NCBI GenBank assembly: GCA_016699875.1
Contig: CP064989.1
Coordinates: 392,788 to 456,787 of the forward strand
Origin: Candidatus Moraniibacteriota bacterium
Lineage (GTDB): Bacteria; Patescibacteriota; Minisyncoccia; Moranbacterales; UBA1568
Length of the DNA stretch: 64,000 nucleotides
Reading direction: 5' to 3'
Below are positions 1 through 8,875 of this stretch, in pieces. Made by a program: the position numbers and the translations under genes. Position 1 is the first letter of the stretch, and every line of letters begins with the position of its first letter. The notes beneath the pieces are model-generated. The model did no database searches. It was not told the origin of the DNA and saw only the letters and a program-made list of their open reading frames with translations.

Positions 1-633
1 ACCCTCAATGAGCCCCGGAATGTCTGCGATGATCGTGTCAAAATACACCCCGAGATGCGGTTCAAGCGTCGTAAACCGGTAATTCCCCACCTTGCTCGAC
101 GCATCAGTAAGCGCATTGAGAAGGCTCGACTTTCCCACATTGGGATACCCGATAAGCCCGATATCAGCTATCATTTTGAGCTCCAAACGGAGCGTCACCG
201 ATTCTCCGGGCAGCCCCGGATTCGCTCGATTCGGCGTCGTATTCCGACTCGACCGAAAATGGAAGTTTCCAAATCCGCCGTTTCCGCCACGCGCCACCAA
301 CACTTTCTGCCCGGGAAACACAATGTCATAGTCTTTGCCCTGTGCCACATCATGTGCCACCGTCCCTACCGGCACACGCACTATCTTGTCGGCACCATCG
401 GCACCGGTCCGCATGTTCTGCTCGCCATTGCCGCCATTTCCCGCACGCGCGCTCTTCACCGATCGAAACTGGCGAAGCGCGCCCAGATCCGACACACCCA
501 ACAGAAAGACGCTTCCACCGCGCCCGCCATTCCCGCCGGTCGGACCCTCATTCATCATGGTCCGCGTGAACCGCACCACGCCGTCCCCACCCTTCCCAGC
601 GGAAACCTCAAGAGTAACATCATCGATAAGCAT
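1..633 (-). CDS. obg: GTPase Obg/CgtA, 3'-truncated at the window edge (Obg N-domain plus start of G domain)
   Basis: Minus-strand translation from 633 reads MLIDDVTLEVSAGKGGDGVVRFTRTMMNEGPTGGNGGRGG (Gly-rich Obg fold) and continues to ADIGLIGYPNVGKSSLLNALTDASSKVGNYRFTTLEPHLGVYFDTIIADIPGLIEG (P-loop and switch regions). The ORF runs off coordinate 1, so it is absent from the six-frame list. The plus-strand ORFs 55-648, 92-331, 335-676 and 342-569 are antisense artefacts. Confidence 0.85.
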   Translation of the reverse strand, partial: MLIDDVTLEVSAGKGGDGVVRFTRTMMNEGPTGGNGGRGGSVFLLGVSDLGALRQFRSVKSARAGNGGNGEQNMRTGADGADKIVRVPVGTVAHDVAQGKDYDIVFPGQKVLVARGGNGGFGNFHFRSSRNTTPNRANPGLPGESVTLRLELKMIADIGLIGYPNVGKSSLLNALTDASSKVGNYRFTTLEPHLGVYFDTIIADIPGLIEG

Positions 634-767
634 AGACCGCTATCCTAGCACGGAAATTGTCAGAAGACAAGGATAACTTCCCTATTTTTTGACGCTTATT
701 TGTTGTTTCATCGAACTCAAACAGGCTGTGCTACAGTTTCATTTAACCAAAACTTTATAATAAAAAC

Positions 768-795
768 CCCGCGATCACCTCTCGGTAACCGCGGG
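768..795 (-). terminator. Putative rho-independent terminator downstream of the 842-1261 membrane-protein gene
   Basis: cccgcg...cgcggg 6-7 bp GC stem with a large loop; on the minus strand it is followed by tttttattat. Weak because of the loop size. Confidence 0.35.
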
Positions 796-841
796 TCACA
801 GTCAAATGCCTACACGTTTTTTCATTCGGATGAAGGAATGT

Positions 842-1261
842 TCACTCCCCGTCTTCCTCTTCCGGCGATTCTACAACAGCTGTCGAATAGACACCTGTAA
901 CGCCTCGGCGAATGCGCGGCCACAACAGGCAAGTGGCAACGCCAACTGCCGCGAGTAGATACCACACGCAGAGCGATATCCATTGATTCGAAAACAAAAC
1001 ATCCGCTTGATAGTAGTAGAGGTTATACAACAGAAGCCCCATACAGATAAGCACGACCCCTGTAACCACTACGCGAGTGCTAATGTACACGAAGTACAAG
1101 ACGGCGCACCAGACAGCGAGAAACACGGCTATGATAATCCATCCAATCGGATTCTTCGCAAGATCGATTACTTGAGTCGCGAACGAATACCCGGACGGGT
1201 TATACGTCAAAAAAAACAGGATGTATACCAGAATAACGGTAACAGCAAATCGTGTTTTCAT
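842..1261 (-). CDS. Small integral membrane protein (about 4 TM helices), function unknown
   Basis: ORF 842-1306; internal ATG at 1261 gives MKTRFAVTVILVYILFFL..., strongly hydrophobic throughout with an acidic C-terminus (SPEEEDGE). No recognisable catalytic motif. Confidence 0.55.
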   Translation of the reverse strand: MKTRFAVTVILVYILFFLTYNPSGYSFATQVIDLAKNPIGWIIIAVFLAVWCAVLYFVYISTRVVVTGVVLICMGLLLYNLYYYQADVLFSNQWISLCVWYLLAAVGVATCLLWPRIRRGVTGVYSTAVVESPEEEDGE

Positions 1262-1350
1262 GAGATACTCTCCAAAAGAATGAGAAAGAGAACGGCTCGA
1301 ATCCAAAAGGGAAACGAGCCGTCAAAACAACACTATTACCTAACCAGCAC

Positions 1351-2349
1351 TCACTTGGTGAGGGACGATAAGCGCTCCTTTGCGCCACTCGCCAATGATT
1401 TCGCTCGCGTTACCAGCGCATCGGTCCCCTGCCCGATCTTGGTTGATGCTGCATTGATAAGGCCTTGCATCCAGTCCGCCGGAGGCATGAGGGCAACTTC
1501 TTCAGTTGCAGCAACCTTTTTGATTGCCGCCGCCAATGTCCTCTGCTGCGCCGGATCCTGGATCAAGCGCGGATCACGAGCAACTACGCCAACCGGAACC
1601 GTGACCGTCTCAATCGACTTGGCAGATCCGCCAAAGCCCCACATCCTGGCATTCCCCACCATAACCGGCTTTACGGCGAACTTCTCGCCAAACAGCATCT
1701 GGGAAAAGTCCGGATCGATGACGCCCATGATAACCAACCCGGCATCATTGATAGCCCTGAAGGTGGCATTATCTGGATTCGGATACTGCACCAAGAAGCC
1801 GATTTTCACCCTCCCGCTTTCCACGGCAGAGACCAGCTCCGCGCGATCCTTGAAAACGGTTACATCGGCATCTTTGAGCGATGACCCTTGCACACTCTGC
1901 AACGAGCGGAAGAGTGCCGCATCACCCGATTTCTCCCCCGGCAGACCAATGGAAACCAGAAAGGCATTCTCCTTCACACCCACCCAGCTGCCGACGGCCG
2001 CCGCGATTTCCGGCTTCATAAAAACCAGAACGGCTTCGCCGGCAACATACCGAATCACATTGACTTTGCCGGGATTATTATCGGCGAGAGCGGCGGCGAC
2101 ATCACCCTTCATCAGAGCGATGTCCAGCGTTCCCGCCAGCAGACGTTCGCCGTTATCGACGGTGCCACCGGTTTCTTCCGGAGTACAGCTAAACAAGGTG
2201 CCGAGAGTCGAGCAAATCGACCCGGCAATGTTGATGTATTCCCCTGTCTTACTCCCCCCGCCCACGTGAATAGTAGGCGCTGCAAAGACTGGGAATGAAG
2301 AGATGACCAGCAGCAAACACAAAAACCGAAAGACTGCCTTAATTTTCAT
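1351..2349 (-). CDS. Secreted periplasmic substrate-binding protein, TAXI-family-like (TRAP-associated)
   Basis: N-terminal signal peptide MKIKAVFRFLCLLLVISSFPVFA. Mature start TIHVGGGSKTGEYINIAGSIC resembles the TAXI solute-receptor N-terminal Gly-rich motif. No cognate permease is nearby. Confidence 0.5.
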   Translation of the reverse strand: MKIKAVFRFLCLLLVISSFPVFAAPTIHVGGGSKTGEYINIAGSICSTLGTLFSCTPEETGGTVDNGERLLAGTLDIALMKGDVAAALADNNPGKVNVIRYVAGEAVLVFMKPEIAAAVGSWVGVKENAFLVSIGLPGEKSGDAALFRSLQSVQGSSLKDADVTVFKDRAELVSAVESGRVKIGFLVQYPNPDNATFRAINDAGLVIMGVIDPDFSQMLFGEKFAVKPVMVGNARMWGFGGSAKSIETVTVPVGVVARDPRLIQDPAQQRTLAAAIKKVAATEEVALMPPADWMQGLINAASTKIGQGTDALVTRAKSLASGAKERLSSLTK

Positions 2350-2578
2350 GAGACACCTCTCAAATATTGTTAATGTCCTGAAATATGCGCCATGGACTTT
2401 TCCATAGACGATCGCTTCCCTGTGTTCAAGAGAACACCGCGATGTTGGAACCCTAGCATAAGACTAAATAACTGTCAAGTACGACAGACAAAACGTTATT
2501 GAGTTCATCTTCAATCGGTGCCTATTGCCACTTTCTATAGTTTCATGCAGTAAATCACATTTCGTTATAAATTACTCT

Positions 2579-3601
2579 CTACCTCCACCCCTGCCCGACA
2601 ATGCGCCAGACGATTTGTTCTTGTTGGACATTTACGACGCCGCCGGGAGTTTGTTGCGGGACGAGCTGCTGGAGTTTTTTGAATGCCAGAGAAATTCCGA
2701 AAGCGGCGCTTTTCTCGCGTGACTCGACAAAGGCAATGTTGTAGTCGCGCTGATTCTCGCTCCGCCCATCTATTTCCATTTCCGGATTCCACGGCTCGGT
2801 AAGATGCATATCGGCAGCATAGGACTCATAGAGCCGAGAGAGCCTCTCGGAAAGTTCCGACGCAGCATCAACAATCGTCGAGACGCTGAGATCCTCGCGC
2901 GCTTCTTTTCTCCCGATATAGTACTGATGCGAATAGAGTTTCTCCGTAAAGTGTTCGATAATGCTCGCAATCTTTTCTTTCGACATCGGGTGCGCGTGAC
3001 TCTTGAGCAGTCGCTCGGCAAGCACCTTGATGAGATTGTGCGTCCGATTCACATTGCCCAAGGCAAGCGGATGAATTGAGGGCGTCGCCTCCATGAATTT
3101 CATGAAGATATCCGCGAGTTTCTCGTCGCTCTTTACGCCAAATTTGTTCTTTGCAAGGTCAAAGTAGCTCATCACTTCTTCAACCGAAATCTGGATGCGT
3201 CCGTCCGGATTCTTGGGATCGGCGGGATTGAAAAAGTTCGATGTCGACGGATCGATCGGCGAAAGCTCGCTCATATCACTCATGACAATCTCATCCGCGC
3301 CGAGCGCAATCATCGTCGCCGCAGAGTGCGCTTTGTACGGCACAAGCACGCCGAATTCATCGCAGTATTCGCGTATCATCGAGACGAGCCGCCACGGCAC
3401 CATCGTGTCGCCGCCGGCGCTATAGAGCACGAGATCGATGCGCTTGACCTTTCCGATCGCGCGCAGTTGTTTGCTGACAATCGGAATGATATCCATCGCC
3501 ACCCGCGCATTGACCGGCCCCTGTCGATCACTCGTCACATATGCCACAACACGTGACCCTCGCAACATCTCTATCTCCTCGAAAATTTTTGAACGTTCCA
3601 T
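2579..3601 (-). CDS. ClpP/crotonase-fold serine protease, SDH (S49-like) family
   Basis: Internal ATG at 3601 (MERSKIFEEIEMLRGSRVVAYVTSD...). Motif LVLYSAGGDTMVPWRLVSMIREY...VLVPYKAHSAATMIALGADEIVM is typical of Clp-fold periplasmic serine proteases. Confidence 0.6.
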   Translation of the reverse strand: MERSKIFEEIEMLRGSRVVAYVTSDRQGPVNARVAMDIIPIVSKQLRAIGKVKRIDLVLYSAGGDTMVPWRLVSMIREYCDEFGVLVPYKAHSAATMIALGADEIVMSDMSELSPIDPSTSNFFNPADPKNPDGRIQISVEEVMSYFDLAKNKFGVKSDEKLADIFMKFMEATPSIHPLALGNVNRTHNLIKVLAERLLKSHAHPMSKEKIASIIEHFTEKLYSHQYYIGRKEAREDLSVSTIVDAASELSERLSRLYESYAADMHLTEPWNPEMEIDGRSENQRDYNIAFVESREKSAAFGISLAFKKLQQLVPQQTPGGVVNVQQEQIVWRIVGQGWR

Positions 3602-3729
3602 ATATATCTCGTGAATAAAAGAAATAGTCCTCGCAGTATACCGCGGAAGAAACCGCGAAACAAGACAAAAAGACAAGAGCGATACCCTAAAAGTACCGCT
3701 CTTGTTAATCGCTCTTTCCAAGTAAACGT

Positions 3730-4191
3730 TTACCGGCTCGTCATCACAGTGACACCGCCTTCGGCATTGCAGGCGCGAACGGTCACCATATTGTTAGAGT
3801 CTTTAACAATGGAATAGCCCGTGAGTGCCGCTGTACCGTTCGGATCGGTCGGAATGCTCTTCAGATAGCTCCCAAGTGCCGTCGAGAGATCGACGCAGTT
3901 GGTTGCACCCGCAACATTGCAGCCTCCGGTTGAAATAGCACATCCGGTTGTTGCTGTCCCGATTTGCATCTCCGTCGAAGTAATCGCCGCGGGGAAGATT
4001 CCCTTAGAATCGTTCACATACGTATGCACCGCTGAGAGAATATTTTGGATATCCGTCGTACGACGTGCATTTCGCGTATCTTGGAATCGCTTCGCCGGAT
4101 CAAGCGCAACGAATACCACTACCGCGAGCACCGCGAGCAAACCGATCACCAAGAGAATTTCCATGAGCGTAAACCCTTTCTGCTGCCTCAT
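3730..4191 (-). CDS. Type IV (major) pilin, class III signal peptide
   Basis: MRQQKG|FTLMEILLVIGLLAVLAVVVFVALDP: Gly-1, Phe+1, Glu+5 prepilin peptidase site and hydrophobic alpha1 helix. C-terminal Cys pairs (CAISTGGC, CVD...C) suggest a disulfide-bonded D-region. Confidence 0.8.
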   Translation of the reverse strand: MRQQKGFTLMEILLVIGLLAVLAVVVFVALDPAKRFQDTRNARRTTDIQNILSAVHTYVNDSKGIFPAAITSTEMQIGTATTGCAISTGGCNVAGATNCVDLSTALGSYLKSIPTDPNGTAALTGYSIVKDSNNMVTVRACNAEGGVTVMTSR

Positions 4192-4364
4192 ATATTTTTC
4201 ATTTATATGATTTAAACACTATCCATATTGCACATAAAATCCTTGCCACACACTGGCGAAGCAAGAGAATTACAAGATGATGCTATTATCTCACCATATC
4301 GTTTTTGTTTTTAACGGATAGATATAGAAACACTTTCCAGTATATCACATTTCTCAGAGTCGCC

Positions 4365-4850
4365 TCAGCGCGAAACGGAAATATTCGTCCCCCCTTCTGC
4401 ACTACAGGCCTTTACAGTTACGATGCCATTCGTATCAACCACCACGGAATACCGCGTCAGCGCCACTGTTCCGCCATTCGGATCTTTTGGAATCGTTTTC
4501 AGATATTTGGCAAGTGTTGAAGAAAAATCAATGCAATCGGTATTGCCGGCAACCGCACATCCCCCTGTTGAGAGAGCACACCCCGGCCCCGTACCAAGTT
4601 GTTTCTCCGTTGTCGAGAGACCCGCAGGCATCGTCCCCTGGTTGTCCACTATGGAGGTCTGGATTGCCGAAAGAATCGACTGCACATCGGTCGCACGCTT
4701 CGCATCTCGCACATCTCGGAAGCGTTTTGCCGGGTCGAGCGCCACCAAAACAACGGTTGCCAATACAGCAATCATCCCGATAACCAAAAGAATCTCAAGC
4801 AGCGTAAACCCTCGAGCAGATTGCGTCGGTTTTCTCAGGAGATGCTCCAT
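4365..4850 (-). CDS. Type IV pilin paralogue (tandem duplicate of 3730-4191)
   Basis: ATG at 4850 gives MEHLLRKPTQSARG|FTLLEILLVIGMIAVLATVVLVALDPAKRF. About 60 percent identical to the neighbouring pilin along the whole length, including conserved Cys positions. Confidence 0.8.
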   Translation of the reverse strand: MEHLLRKPTQSARGFTLLEILLVIGMIAVLATVVLVALDPAKRFRDVRDAKRATDVQSILSAIQTSIVDNQGTMPAGLSTTEKQLGTGPGCALSTGGCAVAGNTDCIDFSSTLAKYLKTIPKDPNGGTVALTRYSVVVDTNGIVTVKACSAEGGTNISVSR

Positions 4851-4869
4851 ATTTCGGAAAGAGACGGAT

Positions 4870-6360
4870 TTACAACGAGTTCGAACTGTCTGCTCCAAGT
4901 ACGAGAATCACATCTTCATTGGAATCGTCCGGCATATCTCGACGGCGTTCAAGTGAAAAATTCAACCCGGCATTCGCCAAGAGTTCATCGAGAAATTCAT
5001 CTGGCACGGATTCTTTCGCACGAACAAACGAGACAGCGAAGCGCGACAACGCCGTACGAACCCCGGATATCACAAAGTCTTCTTCGGAAAGATCCTGTCC
5101 AAGATTCGATGCCGCCCCGGGAACACCGCTCCCATTTTCAATAGCTACACGAAAACTCCCATGAGTTATCTCCTCCGCATCCTCCAATGGCAAATCCCCA
5201 CCAGACAAAGAAGCTGTATCATCACCTTCCTTATCGACCGGAGGAGCATCTTCTATCAGAGGAGCTTCTGATTGTGGAAGAGGCGCCGAATCGAGTACTC
5301 CCGATGGCATTTCTTGCCGATTCCGCAGCATCACTGCAATAGCCCCGCCTCCTGCGAGGACAACCGCTACGAAAGCCACGGCAAGCACTTTGGTACGATT
5401 TGAGACGAGCGAATGAGATCGATCAGCCCCGGACGATCGACCGGCGGACACATGTTCATCAAGCTTGTGCAAACCGAATCGCTCAGATGTTTCCGACTCA
5501 GCATTGGCAGATTCTTTCTCATCATCCGGCGAATTTTCCTCCGCAATACTCAACTCGACGGAAAGAACTTCCGAATCCCTTCCGGATATATCTTTCTTCG
5601 ATGCAAGTCCGATCAAAGCATTCTTATCGGAGAATTCTATTGAAAACCCGGATTGTTCCGCTCGCGCCCGATCGAAATCTATTAAATCATTTTCCGTACA
5701 AGAACCAACAAAGATGATCTTCGAGGGAGAAAAATTGAACCGATCCTTCATAAACCGCCCGACCGTTTCCACTGTCTCAAATGTCAGTCCCTGAAGAGAA
5801 GTGGCACTCGAAAGCACAATGCCTTTCATCACACCGGCCACAAAGAAAAATCCGCTCTTGTATACCAAGAGTATCGGCTCTTCCCGATCCGAAAACAGCC
5901 TAGCCACTGCGCATGACTCCGGCAATGAGACCGGTATGCGAAAGCCCGCCTCACGAAGCGCTGGTATCACCACGCGGGCAAACGACGCCACCAATGACAC
6001 AACCTGCACCGGACGCCCGAGCGATGAATCAGGCAACAAAATTTCCTGGTAATCCCAGGCGCTCTCGGCGAGATTTTCCGGAATAAATTTCCCCGCAAGG
6101 TCTCGAACCGCGAGGCGCTCCCTCTCCGAAGAGGAGTAGGTTTCTCCCTGTGGCAAAAAAAGTGTCGCGACATAGGAAAACTGCTCACCAACCAAAAGCC
6201 GCACCGTGCGACCGACTGCCGCTCGAGCCGTTCCCAAAACGGAACCGATATTTTCCGTTGTCCACGAGAGATTCACCAGCTCTGTCACTTTTTCACCCTG
6301 AATCGAAAAGCCTCGAACAGCATTCGGGGTTATAAAAAGAATTCCTTTGGTATCAAACAT
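4870..6360 (-). CDS. PilM-like (actin-fold) pilus assembly protein with one TM helix and a C-terminal LytR_C-like domain
   Basis: N-terminus GILFITPNAVRGFSIQ resembles the PilM/FtsA-like start. Central acidic linker, TM segment VLAVAFVAVVLAGGGAIAV, then a C-terminal FRVAIENGSGVPGAASNLGQDL...ILVLGAD region resembling LytR_C. Domain assignment is by motif only. Confidence 0.45.
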   Translation of the reverse strand: MFDTKGILFITPNAVRGFSIQGEKVTELVNLSWTTENIGSVLGTARAAVGRTVRLLVGEQFSYVATLFLPQGETYSSSERERLAVRDLAGKFIPENLAESAWDYQEILLPDSSLGRPVQVVSLVASFARVVIPALREAGFRIPVSLPESCAVARLFSDREEPILLVYKSGFFFVAGVMKGIVLSSATSLQGLTFETVETVGRFMKDRFNFSPSKIIFVGSCTENDLIDFDRARAEQSGFSIEFSDKNALIGLASKKDISGRDSEVLSVELSIAEENSPDDEKESANAESETSERFGLHKLDEHVSAGRSSGADRSHSLVSNRTKVLAVAFVAVVLAGGGAIAVMLRNRQEMPSGVLDSAPLPQSEAPLIEDAPPVDKEGDDTASLSGGDLPLEDAEEITHGSFRVAIENGSGVPGAASNLGQDLSEEDFVISGVRTALSRFAVSFVRAKESVPDEFLDELLANAGLNFSLERRRDMPDDSNEDVILVLGADSSNSL

Positions 6361-6420
6361 AGGACGACAAACCTTGTACCTTTCAGTATACACCCTTCCG
6401 CGTACGAAAGACGAGCGATA

Positions 6421-6798
6421 CTATGGAACCGCATGCCAGCTCACCATCGTCACCCCCGAACTCGCCCGAGTAAAGATCACTTCCGCTGCCTGATCAAAAG
6501 ATCCGCCAGTTCGCACAGTCGCCGTCCACTGACTTCCCGATTTCGAAATTGTCGCCACACAAGACCCCTCCGGACGCGCAATAGTCCCGCCGGCGTAGGA
6601 ATCGCTCCCTCGCGAAAAGAGCAGCATATCTTCGATGCATCCGTCGAGCATATCGCGAGCTTCCATTCCTTCAGAAATTGCGAAGGATGTCTGTGCATTG
6701 CCAACCGAAAGAATAGTAACCGTCACCCCGAGCGCAAGTGACACTGCGAGAAGAATAAACACCATGGAGAGAACGATGAAACCGCGAGACTGCCGCAT
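6421..6798 (-). CDS. Minor pilin / pseudopilin-like protein lacking Glu+5
   Basis: ATG at 6798: MRQSRG|FIVLSMVFILLAVSLALGV. Prepilin-type leader and hydrophobic helix with Ser at +5, as in PilX/ComGF-type minor pilins. Confidence 0.55.
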   Translation of the reverse strand: MRQSRGFIVLSMVFILLAVSLALGVTVTILSVGNAQTSFAISEGMEARDMLDGCIEDMLLFSRGSDSYAGGTIARPEGSCVATISKSGSQWTATVRTGGSFDQAAEVIFTRASSGVTMVSWHAVP

Positions 6799-6811
6799 AA
6801 ACGGAGAAATA

Positions 6812-7366
6812 TTAAAGCGGGTTTGATCGAAGTTCGGCAGAAGATCGGAGAGCGGTCGAGCTCGCATATTCAAAGCGATTCCCCGAGGATACCGTCCTAA
6901 GCATGATTTCGAAACCGATATTCTTTGAATTTCCATCAGATGAAGAGGCATTGATAAATACAAGAGAACTCACCGCAACATTCGTCGACGTCAACTCAAC
7001 AGGCGCCGAGGCGCCGACAGCAACCCGAAGCATCCTATTCGCAACATCGACCACAATCGGCGTATTCGGAGCAACTCCCTGAAGCGTCAGCTTCGATCCG
7101 GGAACCTCTGCCAAATTCACGCCGAAATTCGAATTCGCCGTATCGACGTCCGTCGCTTCTCGAATAAAGAAAGCAATCTTTTCAGATGCCAACCGCACAT
7201 TTGAAACAGCATCATTGTGTGTTCCGTTCTTAGCACCAATACCGATCATATTCCACCCAAACGCAACGAGCGATGTCAGAACAATCCCGGCGACACCGAC
7301 ATAGAGCAACATCTCTATGAGCGTAAATCCTTGCTGCCTCCGGATTCTTCCCGAAAATATCATCAT
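6812..7366 (-). CDS. Minor pilin, prepilin-type N-terminal cleavage/methylation domain
   Basis: MMIFSGRIRRQQG|FTLIEMLLYVGVAGIVLTSLVAFGW with Glu+5. Confidence 0.7.
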   Translation of the reverse strand: MMIFSGRIRRQQGFTLIEMLLYVGVAGIVLTSLVAFGWNMIGIGAKNGTHNDAVSNVRLASEKIAFFIREATDVDTANSNFGVNLAEVPGSKLTLQGVAPNTPIVVDVANRMLRVAVGASAPVELTSTNVAVSSLVFINASSSDGNSKNIGFEIMLRTVSSGNRFEYASSTALRSSAELRSNPL

Positions 7367-7383
7367 AGTTCCAAAATATGCGA

Positions 7384-8844
7384 CTACGGCGCAAACACAA
7401 CAAACTCCCCTGTGTTGGAAGCACTGGCACCAAGTACCTGGTCCAATGTATCACTATACGCAATGCCAAGAAGATCGGTGTTGCCGGAAACATCCACGGA
7501 ACTAACAATAGAAGGAGATGTCGGCGAGGAAATATCCACCACTTGAAATTCAGCTGAATTGCTGCTCGTCGCCAAGAAAGCAAGTGTATTGGAATTTCCA
7601 AACGTGAGCGCGATATCATTCACCGTATCTGACACGTTGACGGAACCAAGAAGCGAGGGGCTTCCCGGATTCGAAACGTTCACTGTGTATAAAGCATTCC
7701 CTCGCCCCACCAAGAGTGTCGTCCCCGCAAGCGACACCGTCGTCGCGTCGGTCGTTCCAGAAAGGTTGAGCGCTCCCACAAGAGACGGCGAGGATGGTAT
7801 TGCAATATTCACCACTTGTACTTCCCGCGTATCATTCGCCGATGCCACAGAGGCGAAGTTCCCCGAAACAACCACTTCATTTCCACTATCGCCGAGATTC
7901 ATTGAGCCGACCAGAACCGGCGAATTCGGCGTCGAAACATTTGCAATAACAAACTCATCATCCGAACCGATTGCTCGAACCACATATGCCGTTGCACCAA
8001 CCAAGAAAACACCAAGAGCATCTTCCGTACCGGGAGCATTGAGCATACCAACAACACTCGGTGAAGACGGCACGGCTATGTCCACCACTTGCAACTCTTG
8101 GTTATTGTTTTTGTTCGAAATAACCGCAATCCCGCCGGAAATAGAAATATCCGTTGGCGTTCCTGTCATTGCCAGGGACCCGACTATCATTGGATTCGAT
8201 GGATTACTCACATCAAAGATTAAGAAATTCGGACTCCCGCTCGGACGAATCATATAGGCGAAATTTCCCTGCGTTTGCATTCTAATGCCATCATTCGTTC
8301 CGGACACATCCACACTCGCAACCTGTGTCGGATTCATCCAACTGCCACCACTGCTTATTGGTAAACGCCAATCGTCAAGATACGATACAAATGAAACCGT
8401 ACTTGTTCGCGCCGCCGTAACCGGCCACGTCACCGTCGACGTCACTTTCCGACTCAAAGGATCGTTTGTTCCGCCACTCGAGACAATATTCCCACTGCCA
8501 TCGCGAGCAACCGGTGCCACCGATATCGTTCGCACATATTTCCCATAGGAGGTCGACGTGCCCGAAAATGCCCACGTACCTCCGGACCCTACACGATCAA
8601 TACCGGAAGTAGCTGTTGTTCCGAGCGACGCAAACGATTGATTCTTCATCGATCGAAGAGCCTCTATCCCTTCGTTCGCGTAATTCGACGCAATGCTTTC
8701 TTCTTCCGCAAGTCGATCCGCATCAAGTCCCTGCAAGAGGAGCGCGATCGATCCTGACGCGAACACCGCAAAAAGCGCCGCGCCGAGCAACACCTCGACA
8801 ACGGAAAACGCGCGAACGCAAACAGCTCGTTTCCAAATATCCAT
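7384..8844 (-). CDS. Pilin-anchored LVIVD-repeat (beta-propeller) protein, putative pilus-tip adhesin
   Basis: ATG at 8844: MDIWKRAVCVRA|FSVVEVLLGAALFAVFASGSIALLL (pilin-like helix, Glu+5). This is followed by about 9 repeats of the form ..FxxVSNPSxPxxVGSxxxxGxxxDIxxxGxxAxV.. (e.g. LQVVDIAVPSSPSVVGML, VQVVNIAIPSSPSLVGAL, FQVVDISSPTSPSIVSSV), characteristic of LVIVD repeats. Confidence 0.6.
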   Translation of the reverse strand: MDIWKRAVCVRAFSVVEVLLGAALFAVFASGSIALLLQGLDADRLAEEESIASNYANEGIEALRSMKNQSFASLGTTATSGIDRVGSGGTWAFSGTSTSYGKYVRTISVAPVARDGSGNIVSSGGTNDPLSRKVTSTVTWPVTAARTSTVSFVSYLDDWRLPISSGGSWMNPTQVASVDVSGTNDGIRMQTQGNFAYMIRPSGSPNFLIFDVSNPSNPMIVGSLAMTGTPTDISISGGIAVISNKNNNQELQVVDIAVPSSPSVVGMLNAPGTEDALGVFLVGATAYVVRAIGSDDEFVIANVSTPNSPVLVGSMNLGDSGNEVVVSGNFASVASANDTREVQVVNIAIPSSPSLVGALNLSGTTDATTVSLAGTTLLVGRGNALYTVNVSNPGSPSLLGSVNVSDTVNDIALTFGNSNTLAFLATSSNSAEFQVVDISSPTSPSIVSSVDVSGNTDLLGIAYSDTLDQVLGASASNTGEFVVFAP

Positions 8845-8875
8845 ATTCGTCCCTATTGTACCATGAAGGAGAACG

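Noticed and set aside
55-676. Four overlapping plus-strand ORFs (197, 79, 113, 75 aa) at the window start
   Set aside because: They lie antisense to a clear Obg GTPase reading frame on the minus strand (P-loop, Gly-rich N-domain). Their Arg/Pro/His-rich low-complexity translations are typical antisense artefacts of a GC-biased gene.
983-2298. Plus-strand ORFs of 428, 139 and 136 aa
   Set aside because: Antisense to the TAXI-like substrate-binding protein (1351-2349), which has a signal peptide and a coherent domain. The plus-strand products are low-complexity with no motifs.
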